Source of the DNA: an uncultured Gemmatimonadales bacterium
GTDB taxonomy: Bacteria > Gemmatimonadota > Gemmatimonadetes > Gemmatimonadales > GWC2-71-9
Length of the DNA: 64,000 bases
Direction of reading: 5' to 3'
Assembly: GCA_963771275.1 (NCBI GenBank)
Contig: CAVYSW010000003.1
Location: forward strand, 672,001-736,000
Under the pieces are notes generated by a model. It did not search any database and was not told the origin of the DNA. It saw only the letters and a list, made by a program, of their open reading frames with translations. Within the stretch, counting starts at the first letter, position 1. Every line of letters begins with the position of its first letter. Position numbers and translations under genes: made by a program. Positions 1 through 9,186 of the stretch are shown piece by piece.

Positions 1-555
1 CGCGCCCTCGCTCAGCACCAGTGGCACGGCGGCGCTGCCGTCCAAGGGCGGCAGCGGGATCATGTTGAACGCGAACAGCACCAGATTGAGCGAGAAGAAC
101 ACGCTCACCACGAACGCGACCGCGCCCCACAGGCTTCCGTCGGTTGCCGCGGTGACGGAGCCAAACCGGATGGAGGCGGGCGCGTGGAACACGCCCGTCG
201 CGGAGCCAACGCGGATCGCGACCGCGGCGAGCACCATCAGCAGGAGGTTCCCCGCCGGCCCCGCCAGCGCCATCACCGCCGCGCGCTTGGGGTATTGGAA
301 CGCCCAGCGTCGATCGTACGGCGCGCTGGCGTAGCCCATGGGCCAGCCCGACAGCAGGACCGAGAGCAGCGGCAGCACCACCATGCCGAACGGCTCGCGG
401 CGAATGTGCGGGCGCGGGTCGAGCGAGACCTGACCGCCGTGATACGCCGTGCGGTCGCCGCCCAGGAGCGCGGCCAGCGCATGCCCGGCCTCGTGCAAGA
501 CGGTCGAGAACAGGAAGACCGCGTAGAACGTGAGCGCGCTGGGTATGTCCGGCAT
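1..555 (-). CDS. Site-2 protease family (peptidase M50) membrane metalloprotease, runs off the window start
   Basis: Manual translation from ATG 555: MPDIPSALTFYAVFLFSTVLHEAGHA (HExxH), ALAGPAGN and FNMIPLPPLDG motifs; not in the ORF track because the stop lies outside the window. Confidence 0.9.
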   Translation of the reverse strand, partial: MPDIPSALTFYAVFLFSTVLHEAGHALAALLGGDRTAYHGGQVSLDPRPHIRREPFGMVVLPLLSVLLSGWPMGYASAPYDRRWAFQYPKRAAVMALAGPAGNLLLMVLAAVAIRVGSATGVFHAPASIRFGSVTAATDGSLWGAVAFVVSVFFSLNLVLFAFNMIPLPPLDGSAAVPLVLSEGA

Positions 556-1168
556 GATCGCGCCAAGCTACAGCGGTGAACGGGCGCCCGGAAGCCGGAG
601 CCCCCGGCCGCGGGCGCTCCGGATCCTCGCCGCGGGCGCCGTGCTCGGCGCGGGGCTGTGGTGGTCGGTCGCAAGCCTCGGTTTCCGGAGCCCCGCCTTC
701 GCGCTGGCTGCCAACTGGCTCATCGTGGCCTGGGTCGCGGTCATCGGCTCGGCCATCCGCTGGCGCCTGCCGGACGCGTACCTCCGGCTCCGTGCCTGGG
801 AGCGCGATGGGAGGCTCTATCGCCGTCTGGGCGTGCCGCTCTTCGGCACGCTCGTCCGGCACACGCCGCTCCGCACCCTCACCCCCGACGCCTATCTCAG
901 CGGTCGGCCCGGCCGGATCGGGATCGTGCTCGAGCGGTCCGCCCACGCGGAGGCGGTGCACGTGTGGATCTTCCTGCTGGTGCTGCCGCTCGTGCTCTAC
1001 GGCGTCGTGCGCGGATGGTTCGATGCCGCGGGGTGGTTGCTGCTCGTGAACGGGGTCCTCAATCTCTATCCCGTGCTGCAGCAGCGTATGATCCGTGGCC
1101 GGCTCGAGCGCGCGCTGGCGCGGCGCTCTACGAGCCCCTCGGACTCCCCCACAAGTCCCCGACCGTGA
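530..1168 (+). CDS. CrtO-like (glycosyl-4,4'-diaponeurosporenoate acyltransferase family) membrane protein; true start probably downstream of 555
   Basis: WERDGRLYRRLGV, AEAVH and NLYPVLQQRMIRGRL patterns resemble the CrtO family; hydrophobic segments. Confidence 0.6.
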   Translation: MSALGMSGMIAPSYSGERAPGSRSPRPRALRILAAGAVLGAGLWWSVASLGFRSPAFALAANWLIVAWVAVIGSAIRWRLPDAYLRLRAWERDGRLYRRLGVPLFGTLVRHTPLRTLTPDAYLSGRPGRIGIVLERSAHAEAVHVWIFLLVLPLVLYGVVRGWFDAAGWLLLVNGVLNLYPVLQQRMIRGRLERALARRSTSPSDSPTSPRP

Positions 1169-2198
1169 ATCCTTCGGGGAACGGATCGTCGGCGTCGACC
1201 ACGTACTGGCTCATCCCGGTGATCCACGCGCGGCCGGTGATGGCGGGCACCACCGCGCGGTAGGGCCCCACCGTCGTCTCGCGCAGCAGCCGGCCCGTGA
1301 ATGTGGTGCCGAGGATGCCCTCGTGCACGAAGTCCTGGCCGAGCGGCAGCGCGCCGCGCGCATGGAGCACCGCCATCTGCGCGCAGGTGCCCGTGCCGCA
1401 CGGCGACCGGTCGAGCACGCCGCCCACCGTGTCCGGGCGGCTCCAGTCCACCCGGCCGGTCGAGACCGTCACCGCGTTCTTGCGGTGGGCGCTCGCGACG
1501 GTGGGCGGCCCGGAGAGCAGCGAGATGCTCGGGCCGGTCACGCTCGGCGCCTCCGGATGCCGCACCGGGTACTGCTCGGCCGCCGCCGCGCGCAGCAACT
1601 CCCCCACGCGCGCGATCTCGCGGCCGTTCTCGGCCACGAGATCGACGCCCAGCCGCGCCGCGTCCGCCAGCACGTAGAACATCCCGCCGTAGGCGATGTC
1701 GGCGCGCACGGCCCCCAGCGTCGGCACCTCGAGCGTCACGTCGAGCTGCACCACGAAGGCCGGCACGTTCTCGAACGTGACGCCGGTGACCTTGCCGTCG
1801 GCCACGTCGCAGCGCACGCGGATCAGTCCGGCGGGGGCTTCGAGCACGAGCTCCGTCACAGGTTCCCGCGCGGCCACCATGCCCGTCTCGAGCAGCACGG
1901 TCGCCACGCAGATCGTGTTGCTGCCCGACATCGCGGGGTACTCGGTCTGCTCCATGATCACGAAGCCGGCATCGGCATCCGGATGGGCCGACGGGAGGAT
2001 CAGGTTGCAGCACATGGCGGGATAACCGCGCGGCTCGCGCAACAGCATCCGGCGCACGCCGTCGCCGTGGCGTTGCAGCCAGTCGCGCTTCTCGAGCATC
2101 GAGCGGCCCGGCACGTCGAGCACGCCACCGGTCACGACGCGGCCGGGCTCACCCGCCGCGTGGGCGTCGACGGCGGTGAGGACGCGAGAGAGGCGCAT
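1128..2198 (-). CDS. Proline racemase superfamily protein (Ser/Cys dyad)
   Basis: HAAGEPGRV, LREPRG, MSGSNTI and DRSPCGTGT motifs. Confidence 0.9.
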   Translation of the reverse strand: MRLSRVLTAVDAHAAGEPGRVVTGGVLDVPGRSMLEKRDWLQRHGDGVRRMLLREPRGYPAMCCNLILPSAHPDADAGFVIMEQTEYPAMSGSNTICVATVLLETGMVAAREPVTELVLEAPAGLIRVRCDVADGKVTGVTFENVPAFVVQLDVTLEVPTLGAVRADIAYGGMFYVLADAARLGVDLVAENGREIARVGELLRAAAAEQYPVRHPEAPSVTGPSISLLSGPPTVASAHRKNAVTVSTGRVDWSRPDTVGGVLDRSPCGTGTCAQMAVLHARGALPLGQDFVHEGILGTTFTGRLLRETTVGPYRAVVPAITGRAWITGMSQYVVDADDPFPEGFTVGDLWGSPRGS

Positions 2199-2243
2199 GC
2201 GGGAGACTACTCTCGGACGGCCCCGCCGCTCAAGTCCCGGCGG

Positions 2244-2582
2244 TTAGGAGGGGCGAAGGGCGGCGAGGACGGCGAGCACCACGAGCGCGGCGCCGCAGAC
2301 CGCGACGGTCCGCGCGACCAGCTTGGCCGCCTGTGTCGCCGCCCGGCGCCGGACGGCGAAGCCGAGGCCTGCGGCGATCGCGGGGGACACCACCATCGCT
2401 GCGACCCTGAGCTGCGGCGACAGCCCCTCCAGCAGCACATCGGCCGGACTCCCGGCCCGGTAAACCAAATGGAGCAGCTGGCCCGCCCAGCACACCACCG
2501 GCGGCACGAGCAGCGCGAGGGCCAAGAGCGTCCAACGGCCCGTGCGGGCCGGCATGTGACCGGTCGGGAGGAGGATGTCCAT
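2244..2582 (-). CDS. Small hypothetical membrane protein (about 3 TM)
   Basis: 112-aa ORF with three hydrophobic stretches and an AT-rich upstream region. Confidence 0.55.
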   Translation of the reverse strand: MDILLPTGHMPARTGRWTLLALALLVPPVVCWAGQLLHLVYRAGSPADVLLEGLSPQLRVAAMVVSPAIAAGLGFAVRRRAATQAAKLVARTVAVCGAALVVLAVLAALRPS

Positions 2583-2985
2583 CTAGCGGAGAAATGTAGA
2601 GTACTTTGCCATGTAAAGCAAACGCGGCCCTTGGCACTTGCGGTGCAGCCCGGCGGGCGCGGCGCGCGGTGCCGCGAGCCTCAAGAGCGAAGCGAGTGGA
2701 AGGTGCGGAGCGCCGAAGCCTACGGAATCGTGGCGAACAGTGTGCGGCGCGAGCCCGGTCGAACCGTCGTCCCGATCCTAGGTTTCGGGCGTGACGTCGT
2801 TCCGCAGCAGATTGGCCGCTGAAGGCTCAGCTGGTTCGGTTGGCTCTGCGGCGCTCCGCTTGTGATAAGCTACGGCCCGTCCGGGGCGGGTCAAGATGCT
2901 GGTAGTGCCGGCCACGCCCTCGTAAGTTCACCACCGCAGGAAGAAGTCCACGATGACCCGCGCACCGTCCGGCAAGGAAGCTCCC

Positions 2986-3681
2986 ATGCCCACCGTCCCA
3001 CACGTCGAAACCCATTTCACCGGCAGCCAGCTCGTCCGCGACCTCGTGATCGGGATGTCCGACGGGCTCACCGTGCCGTTCGCCCTTGCGGCCGGACTCT
3101 CCGGCGCCGTGAGCGCCACGAAGATCGTGATCACCGCCGGGTTCGCCGAGATCGCCGCCGGCTCGATCGCCATGGGCCTCGGCGGGTATCTCGCGGGACG
3201 GAGCGACGCCGAGCACTACGCCGCGGAGCTGGCGCGCGAGGAGCGCGAGGTCGTCGAGCTGCCCGAGGCGGAGGCGGCCGAGGTCGAAGCGGTCTTCGCG
3301 GAGTATGGGCTCCAGGCAGAGCAGGTTGCCCCGATCGTGCGCGCATTCCGCGCGCGCCCGCGGGCGTGGGTCGATTTCATGATGCGGTTCGAGCTGGGTC
3401 TCGAGCGGCCCGACCCATCGCAGGCGGTGAAGACCGCCGGTACGATTGCCGCGGCGTACATCGCGGGCGGCCTGGTGCCGCTCGCCCCGTACTTCTTTGC
3501 GCAGACGACGGCCAGCGCGCTCGGCCCCTCCGTGCTCGTCACCGCCGTGGCGCTCGCGCTGTTCGGGTTCGTGAAGGGGCGGTTCACGACCGGGAAGCCG
3601 CTGCGCGGCGCGCTCCAGACCACCGCCATCGGTGGCGCCGCCGCGGCGGTCGCGTTTGGCCTGGCCCGGCTGCTCAGCTGA
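2986..3681 (+). CDS. VIT1/CCC1 family Fe2+/Mn2+ transporter
   Basis: RDLVIGMSDGLTVPFALAAGLSGA, AGSIAMGLGGYL; AAGGAAG RBS before ATG 2986. Confidence 0.93.
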   Translation: MPTVPHVETHFTGSQLVRDLVIGMSDGLTVPFALAAGLSGAVSATKIVITAGFAEIAAGSIAMGLGGYLAGRSDAEHYAAELAREEREVVELPEAEAAEVEAVFAEYGLQAEQVAPIVRAFRARPRAWVDFMMRFELGLERPDPSQAVKTAGTIAAAYIAGGLVPLAPYFFAQTTASALGPSVLVTAVALALFGFVKGRFTTGKPLRGALQTTAIGGAAAAVAFGLARLLS

Positions 3682-3772
3682 GCTCCCGCGGCGTGGTTGC
3701 GGCAGCCGCGACGGCTCGTGACATTTCGCGCGGCCGACACCCCGTTCTTCTGTGCAGGAGCCCCGCACACTC

Positions 3773-4576
3773 ATGCGCCGTCCCGCCGTCCTCTGGACCC
3801 TGGCTGTCATCATTACGCTCGCTTCCGCCGTCTGGCAGCGGCTCACCGGCCCCACGTATGCCGTGCGGGGAACCGTGACGGTCGGACAGGCGCCCGTCAG
3901 CTTCAGGCTCGAGCGCTCGCACGGGGGCCCGGGCGACCAGGAGATCCGGATCGCCGTCCCCGACACCGCGGTCACGGGAACGCTGCGGTTTCGGCGCTAC
4001 CCGACCGACGACCCGTGGCAGACGATCCCGATGACGCGGGCCGGCGACACGCTGGTCGCGGCCCTGCCCCACCAGCCGCCCGCGGGCAAGCTGTCCTTCG
4101 AGGTGCACCTGGCGCGCGCCGGTGTGGATACGCCGCTCACCAAGCAGCCGGTCATCACGCGCTTCAAGGGGAGCGTGCCGGCGTTCGTGCTGGCCCCGCA
4201 CATCCTCGCCATGTTCCTCACCCTGCTGTTCTCGGCGCGCGCCGGGCTCGGTGCGCTCGCGCATGACCCGGCGACCCGGCGCCACGCCTACACGGCCGTT
4301 GGCGCGATCCTGGTCGGCGGCTTCGTGCTCGGTCCGCTCACGCTGCACTACGCGTTCGGGCAGTGGTGGGAGGGCATTCCCCTGGGCTTCGATCTCACCG
4401 ACAACAAGACGCTGATCGCCGGGTTGGCCTGGCTCTGGGCGGTCTATCGCATGCGCGGGGGGCGCCCCGCGGGCGGCGCGATCCTGACTGCGGCGGTCGT
4501 GACGCTCGCCGTGTTCGCCATTCCGCACAGCATGTTCGGCTCGGAGATCGACTGGAAGTCCGTCGCGCGGGGCTAG
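3773..4576 (+). CDS. Conserved hypothetical membrane protein (N-terminal TM, soluble beta domain, 4 C-terminal TMs)
   Basis: Coherent GC3-rich ORF with GFDLTDNKTL and IPHSMFGSE motifs; AGGAG upstream. Confidence 0.75.
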   Translation: MRRPAVLWTLAVIITLASAVWQRLTGPTYAVRGTVTVGQAPVSFRLERSHGGPGDQEIRIAVPDTAVTGTLRFRRYPTDDPWQTIPMTRAGDTLVAALPHQPPAGKLSFEVHLARAGVDTPLTKQPVITRFKGSVPAFVLAPHILAMFLTLLFSARAGLGALAHDPATRRHAYTAVGAILVGGFVLGPLTLHYAFGQWWEGIPLGFDLTDNKTLIAGLAWLWAVYRMRGGRPAGGAILTAAVVTLAVFAIPHSMFGSEIDWKSVARG

Positions 4577-4678
4577 CGTGGTTTCGCGACCCCGGCTTCT
4601 CTTCCGGGACTCGGTCCGGCCGAGCGTAAGGCGTGTCCCGGCGGCCGGCCCGGCCGGGCGCAGAGGTTGACCCGCCCC

Positions 4679-4697
4679 CCCTAACGCCGCCCTAACG
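4679..4697 (+). promoter_or_regulatory. Direct repeat CCCTAACG x2 at 11-bp period (OmpR/PhoB-type box candidate)
   Basis: ccctaacg-ccg-ccctaacg about 110 bp upstream of the PP2C start. Confidence 0.4.
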
Positions 4698-4804
4698 GCC
4701 CCGTTCTCTGCCCGTCCGACGCTTTTCTAACACCCTCTGACCATTGCTTCCCGCAGGCGTGGCGCGATGTGAGCGCCTGTCCAGCATGGAAAGGAGGCAC
4801 GGCC

Positions 4805-5716
4805 ATGCAGACCGCTCAGCGCAGCTCCGAGAGAGGGAGCGGCCAATTCGTCAGCCCCAAGGGGGCCACCTGGCGCCTCGCGGGCCGGCTGCACCTCGAG
4901 GTGTACGGCATGAGTGAGACGGGGCCCGTCCGGCCCGCCAACGAGGATGCGTTCGTCATCGCGGACGTCGCGCCGGCCGCCGCGGACGGGCCATCCGACG
5001 CCGAACCCACGCCGCTGGTTGCCGTGGCGGACGGGGTCGGCGGTGAACCCGGCGGGGCCCAGGCCAGCCGGCTGGTCATCCGCACGGCGATTCTCGAAGC
5101 GCTGCGGCGCGGCCGGAGGGAGGAGTGGGCCCCTGCCCGCCACGCGGCGGCGGTCGACGCGTCGCTGACCGACCTGGTCCAGGCGTGCCAGGACGCGGTG
5201 GTCCGGTGCGGAGCGAGCGACCCGCTGCTGGCCCGAATGGCCACGACACTGACCGCCGGGCTGATTCGCGGCCGGACGCTCCACCTCGCGCATGTGGGGG
5301 ATACCCGCTGCTACCTGGCCCGGCGGGGCCGGTTGGCGCAGCTGACCGGGGACCAGACCATGGCGCGAGCGCTGGAAGCCGGCGGCGTAGACGCGCTGCC
5401 CGCCTCCAGCGCGCTGCACCACGTGCTCACCAACGTGCTCTCCGCCACGCGTGGGTCCGTCGGGGCGGAGATCCGGGGCGTGGAGCTGTGCGCCGGCGAC
5501 ACCCTGGTGTTGTGCAGCGACGGGCTGAGCAATGCCGTCTCCGGCGACGTCATCCTCGCGGCACTCGCCGCCGCGCCGTCGGCCCCGGCGGCCTGTCGTG
5601 AGCTGGTGCGGCGCGCCCTCGACGCGGACGGGTCCGACAACGTGACCGTCATCGTCGGGCGGCTGCGATCCGGTGGGTCCCAAGAGGGGCTCACGAACGT
5701 GAGACCTCAACCCTGA
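4805..5716 (+). CDS. PP2C/PPM family Ser/Thr protein phosphatase
   Basis: RPANED, VADGVGG, AHVGDTRCY, LCSDGL, GSDNVT motifs; AGGAGG RBS. Confidence 0.93.
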   Translation: MQTAQRSSERGSGQFVSPKGATWRLAGRLHLEVYGMSETGPVRPANEDAFVIADVAPAAADGPSDAEPTPLVAVADGVGGEPGGAQASRLVIRTAILEALRRGRREEWAPARHAAAVDASLTDLVQACQDAVVRCGASDPLLARMATTLTAGLIRGRTLHLAHVGDTRCYLARRGRLAQLTGDQTMARALEAGGVDALPASSALHHVLTNVLSATRGSVGAEIRGVELCAGDTLVLCSDGLSNAVSGDVILAALAAAPSAPAACRELVRRALDADGSDNVTVIVGRLRSGGSQEGLTNVRPQP

Positions 5717-5726
5717 GGAGGAGACC

Positions 5727-6188
5727 ATGCGAACCATCACGCGAATCGCCATGTGCGCGGCACTGGCAAGCTGCGTCGGGTTCGGCGTCGCGCGGGCGCA
5801 GGACGCCAATGCGGCGCGCGTGGGCTCGCGCATGTCCTACAACTTCGACGTGCGGGATCCCGGTATCGGCGCCCAGATCGACGTTCCCGTCGCGTCACGC
5901 ATTGCCCTGTATCCGTCGGGCGCGGTCTATTTCGTCGATCAGGGGTCGCTCTACGGGCTCAACGCCGACGTGAAGGTCCGGGTGGCGCGGGCCCTGTACG
6001 TGGGGGGCGGCCTGAACCTCCTGCACCGCTCGGTCGCGGACGTCGGGAACACCGATGCCGGCGTCAACCTGTTGGGTGGTCTGGAGGGCCACGTGGGACG
6101 CCGCGTGCGTCCTTTCGCGGAAGGCCGCGTGATTCTCAACGACGGCAGCGCCTTCGAGCTCGGCGCGGGTCTCAGCATCATCCTCTGA
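5727..6188 (+). CDS. Small outer-membrane beta-barrel protein (8-strand type)
   Basis: Signal peptide (ARA-Q), alternating amphipathic strands, GAGGAGG RBS directly after the PP2C stop. Confidence 0.7.
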   Translation: MRTITRIAMCAALASCVGFGVARAQDANAARVGSRMSYNFDVRDPGIGAQIDVPVASRIALYPSGAVYFVDQGSLYGLNADVKVRVARALYVGGGLNLLHRSVADVGNTDAGVNLLGGLEGHVGRRVRPFAEGRVILNDGSAFELGAGLSIIL

Positions 6189-6302
6189 CCACACGCGACC
6201 CTCGAAGGCCTGGTGGCCGGCGGATCCCACGGGTCCGCCGGTCCGCCGTCGCGCGTCGCCCCACGGCCTTGCGCGCGTCTCCTGATCTTGCAGGTTACAC
6301 CG

Positions 6303-7070
6303 ATGGCACCGCCCGACCGAGTCGCGACGCGCCCGGCGCCGCCACCGCTCAACGTTCACTGGCTCCAGCACGTCCCGTTCGAGGACCTGGGCGCGATCGG
6401 CCCGTGGCTCGCGGGGCGTGGCGCTCGCGTGACCGCCACGCGCTGCTACGCCAACCCGTCATTCCCGAGTCTCGACGGATTCGACTGGCTCATCGTGATG
6501 GGCGGCCCGATGAGCGTGCACGACCGCGACCGCCATGCCTGGCTGGTGCAGGAGGAGCGGCTCATCGGCCGCGCGATCGCCGCGGGCAAGACCGTGCTCG
6601 GCATCTGCCTCGGCGCGCAGCTCATCGCGCAGGCGCTCGGCGCGCGCGTATTCCACGCTCCCGAGCGTGAGATCGGCTGGTTCCCGATCGAGCCGCTGGC
6701 CGCGCCCGCCGGTCACCCGTTCGCGGGCCTGCTGCCCGACTCGGCCACCGTGTTCCACTGGCACGGCGAGACGTTCGATCTGCCGGCGGGCGCCGTCTCG
6801 CTCGCGAGCAGCGCGGCCTGCGCCAAGCAGGCGTTCGCCGTGGGGGACTGCGTGCTGGCGCTCCAGTTCCACCTCGAGATGACGCCCGACGGCGCGCGGG
6901 CCCTGATCGACCACTGCCCCGGCGATCTCGGGCCCGGCCCGTGGGTCCAGTCCCCGGCGGCGATGCTGGCGGACGCGCGCCGCTTCCACCGCGCGCACGC
7001 TCTGATGCACCGCCTGTTGGACGGGCTGGAGCGTGGCGCGCGCCCGTCCGCCCAGGACGTGACGTCGTGA
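6303..7070 (+). CDS. Type 1 glutamine amidotransferase-like protein
   Basis: QHVPFE, MGGPMS, GICLGAQ (nucleophile Cys), WHGETF, QFHLE. Confidence 0.92.
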   Translation: MAPPDRVATRPAPPPLNVHWLQHVPFEDLGAIGPWLAGRGARVTATRCYANPSFPSLDGFDWLIVMGGPMSVHDRDRHAWLVQEERLIGRAIAAGKTVLGICLGAQLIAQALGARVFHAPEREIGWFPIEPLAAPAGHPFAGLLPDSATVFHWHGETFDLPAGAVSLASSAACAKQAFAVGDCVLALQFHLEMTPDGARALIDHCPGDLGPGPWVQSPAAMLADARRFHRAHALMHRLLDGLERGARPSAQDVTS

Positions 7071-7234
7071 GCCCGATCGACCGCGATCTCCTGGTCTCCC
7101 GCGTGCTCCTCGCCGTCGCGGCGCTCGGCCTCATGCTGGGCGTCATCCGGCGGGAGCTCTTGTGGATCGCGTTCGTCGCCATGGTGGGACTCATCATCCG
7201 ACATGTCACCGCACGGCGAGGGAACAGACCATGA
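7067..7234 (+). CDS. Small 2-TM membrane protein, translationally coupled on both sides
   Basis: GTG overlaps the upstream TGA and the stop overlaps the msrA ATG; hydrophobic 55 aa. Confidence 0.55.
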   Translation: MSPIDRDLLVSRVLLAVAALGLMLGVIRRELLWIAFVAMVGLIIRHVTARRGNRP

Positions 7235-7779
7235 CGACGACGCACGAGAAGGCCACGCTGGCGGGCGGGTGCTTCTGGTGCCTCGAGGCGGTGTTCCTGG
7301 AGCTGAAGGGGGTGGAGCGCGTCGAGTCCGGCTACGCCGGCGGCAGGGTGGCGCACCCGTCGTACGAGCTGGTGTGCAGCGGCACCACCGGGCATGCGGA
7401 GGTGGTGCAGGTCACGTTCGATCCGGACGTGATTGCGTATCGAGAGCTGCTCGAGGTGTTCTTCACGATCCACGACCCCACGCAGCTCAACCGCCAGGGT
7501 CCGGACAGCGGCACGCAGTACCGTTCCGCGATCTTCTACGCGTCACCCGAGCAAAAGGCGACCGCCGAGGCGGTGATCGCCGACCTCACCCGCGCCAAGG
7601 TCTGGGACGCGCCGATCGTCACACAGGTCACGCCGCTCGACGCGTTCTATCCCGCCGAGCGGTACCATCAGGAGTACTACCGCAGGAACCCCAACCAGGG
7701 GTACTGCCAGATCGTGATCGCGCCGAAGGTGGCCAAGGCGCGGCGCGTGTTTCTCTCCAAGCTCAAGCACGATAGCTGA
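7231..7779 (+). CDS. msrA: Peptide-methionine (S)-S-oxide reductase
   Basis: GGCFWC, TGHAEVVQV, HDPT, QYRSAIF, AERYHQEY. Confidence 0.97.
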   Translation: MTTTHEKATLAGGCFWCLEAVFLELKGVERVESGYAGGRVAHPSYELVCSGTTGHAEVVQVTFDPDVIAYRELLEVFFTIHDPTQLNRQGPDSGTQYRSAIFYASPEQKATAEAVIADLTRAKVWDAPIVTQVTPLDAFYPAERYHQEYYRRNPNQGYCQIVIAPKVAKARRVFLSKLKHDS

Positions 7780-7812
7780 GCGGGCGCGCTCACGCCTGCT
7801 TGGCCAGCCCTC

Positions 7813-8347
7813 TCAGTACGGCCCGGCACTAACCTCGTGCGGGAGCGGCGCAGTCTGGGAGGGAGCTTTCGGCTGGGACGCGGCCTCCGCGCTGCGAGGC
7901 GGAGTGGAGGGAGCAGCGGCGCGGACCTCTTCCATCGCTTCGAGGATGCCGGGCCCTGTATCCATCCCCAGCTCGGCACGGAGCAGCACGCGGTGTCCGA
8001 CCAGGATCTGCATCGCGTTCGCACGGTCGCCCGTGACCGTCAGCGCTCGTGCGAGACCGATCGCCGCAGGCGAGCTGAGTGGGTCCGCCGCCAGCAGCCT
8101 CCGCCACCACTGCGCCGCCGCCGGATGGTCCCCTGCTGCCACCGCGGCGTGGGCCAGACCCTCCATCCGGCGCCTCCGCGACGTGGAACCCCTCGAGAAA
8201 CGGGCCGCGGTACAGCGCCACGGCCGCCGTCCGATCCCCCGTCCGCAGCCCGGCGAGGAACTCGGCCACGTCGGTCGAGACTACGTTCCCGTTGAGATAG
8301 AGGACCTGCCCGATCGCGGTGACCGCCTCGCGTCGCTGCGCGGCGTC
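7813..8347 (-). pseudogene. Disrupted BTAD (SARP-type) transcriptional regulator fragment
   Basis: AVALYRGPFLEGFHVAEAP in one frame continues as EGLAHAAVAAGDHPAAAQWWRRLLAADPLS...LLRAELG in another; no N-terminal winged helix. Confidence 0.75.
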
Positions 8348-8466
8348 TCATGCAGAGGTCGCCGGAGCAGACATGACGTGCGTTTCGGCGTAGATATGGT
8401 GCCGCCGTCAGGGCAGCGTCAACTGCGTTTGGGCTGGCAGGACGATACCGTCACGCTGGGGGGAGG

Positions 8467-8500
8467 AAACGAAGAGAGCGGGCTGCCGGGCCCGCTCCCC
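8467..8500 (-). terminator. Probable intrinsic terminator of the lipoprotein gene
   Basis: Stem GAGCGGGC/GCCCGCTC (8476-8497) followed on the minus strand by a pyrimidine tail. Confidence 0.5.
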
Positions 8501-8526
8501 TCGTATCGATGATGTCATCGCGGCGC

Positions 8527-9186
8527 TCAGTCGCGGTGGCTACTCCCTTGCCCGTGCACCTGCAGGTCCAGCCGCCACGCCCAGTCCACCGGGGTCAGCG
8601 TGCCATCCGGCCCGAGGACGGGCGTTGGGAAGAGCGGTGCGTCCGGTGTGCCGGACGGCCCGGGACACACCGACTTGAACCTGGTCGCGGCCACGAGCTT
8701 CTCGCCGTTGAAGCGCCCGTGGTACGTCGGGAAATCGCCTGAGGTGATGGTGCAGCCGCTGTGCCACTGCACCATCCCGACGAGGAAGGGGACGCCGGGT
8801 GCCCACTCAGGCATCGGCATTCCTCGCAGACCCACGTAGTCCAGTGTCAGTTGGCCGTTGCGCTCGAGCGTGCCCTCGAGCGTGGTCCAACGGTCCCCCT
8901 CGCCGGCGGCCGAGTGGTCTTCATGCAGCTGCAGTCTCACCCGGTTGCCCTCGAGGGACTCCAACGTGGTGGTCGTCCCCGATGTCGGCACCGCGAACGG
9001 AGCATCCTGCAGCACCGTCTTGATCCTGGGTGCGTAGGTCCAGTACGTCAGCGTGCCGCTCAGGACGACGGGGTTCGCCTCATGGCGGCGCGAGAGCAGC
9101 AGTTCGCTCTCCGGTGAAGTGGGGGGATTGTCGCACGCGGTTGCGGCGACCAGCAGCGTCGTGAGTATCCAGGTCGGCTTGGCCAT
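8527..9186 (-). CDS. Hypothetical lipoprotein
   Basis: MAKPTWILTTLLVAATA-C lipobox-like signal; GGAGGA RBS before ATG 9186. Confidence 0.75.
   Translation of the reverse strand: MAKPTWILTTLLVAATACDNPPTSPESELLLSRRHEANPVVLSGTLTYWTYAPRIKTVLQDAPFAVPTSGTTTTLESLEGNRVRLQLHEDHSAAGEGDRWTTLEGTLERNGQLTLDYVGLRGMPMPEWAPGVPFLVGMVQWHSGCTITSGDFPTYHGRFNGEKLVAATRFKSVCPGPSGTPDAPLFPTPVLGPDGTLTPVDWAWRLDLQVHGQGSSHRD

Noticed and set aside
2620..2985. Possible metal riboswitch or ncRNA upstream of the VIT1 transporter
   Set aside because: No recognisable yybP-ykoY or NiCo conserved motifs; cannot be supported without a covariance search
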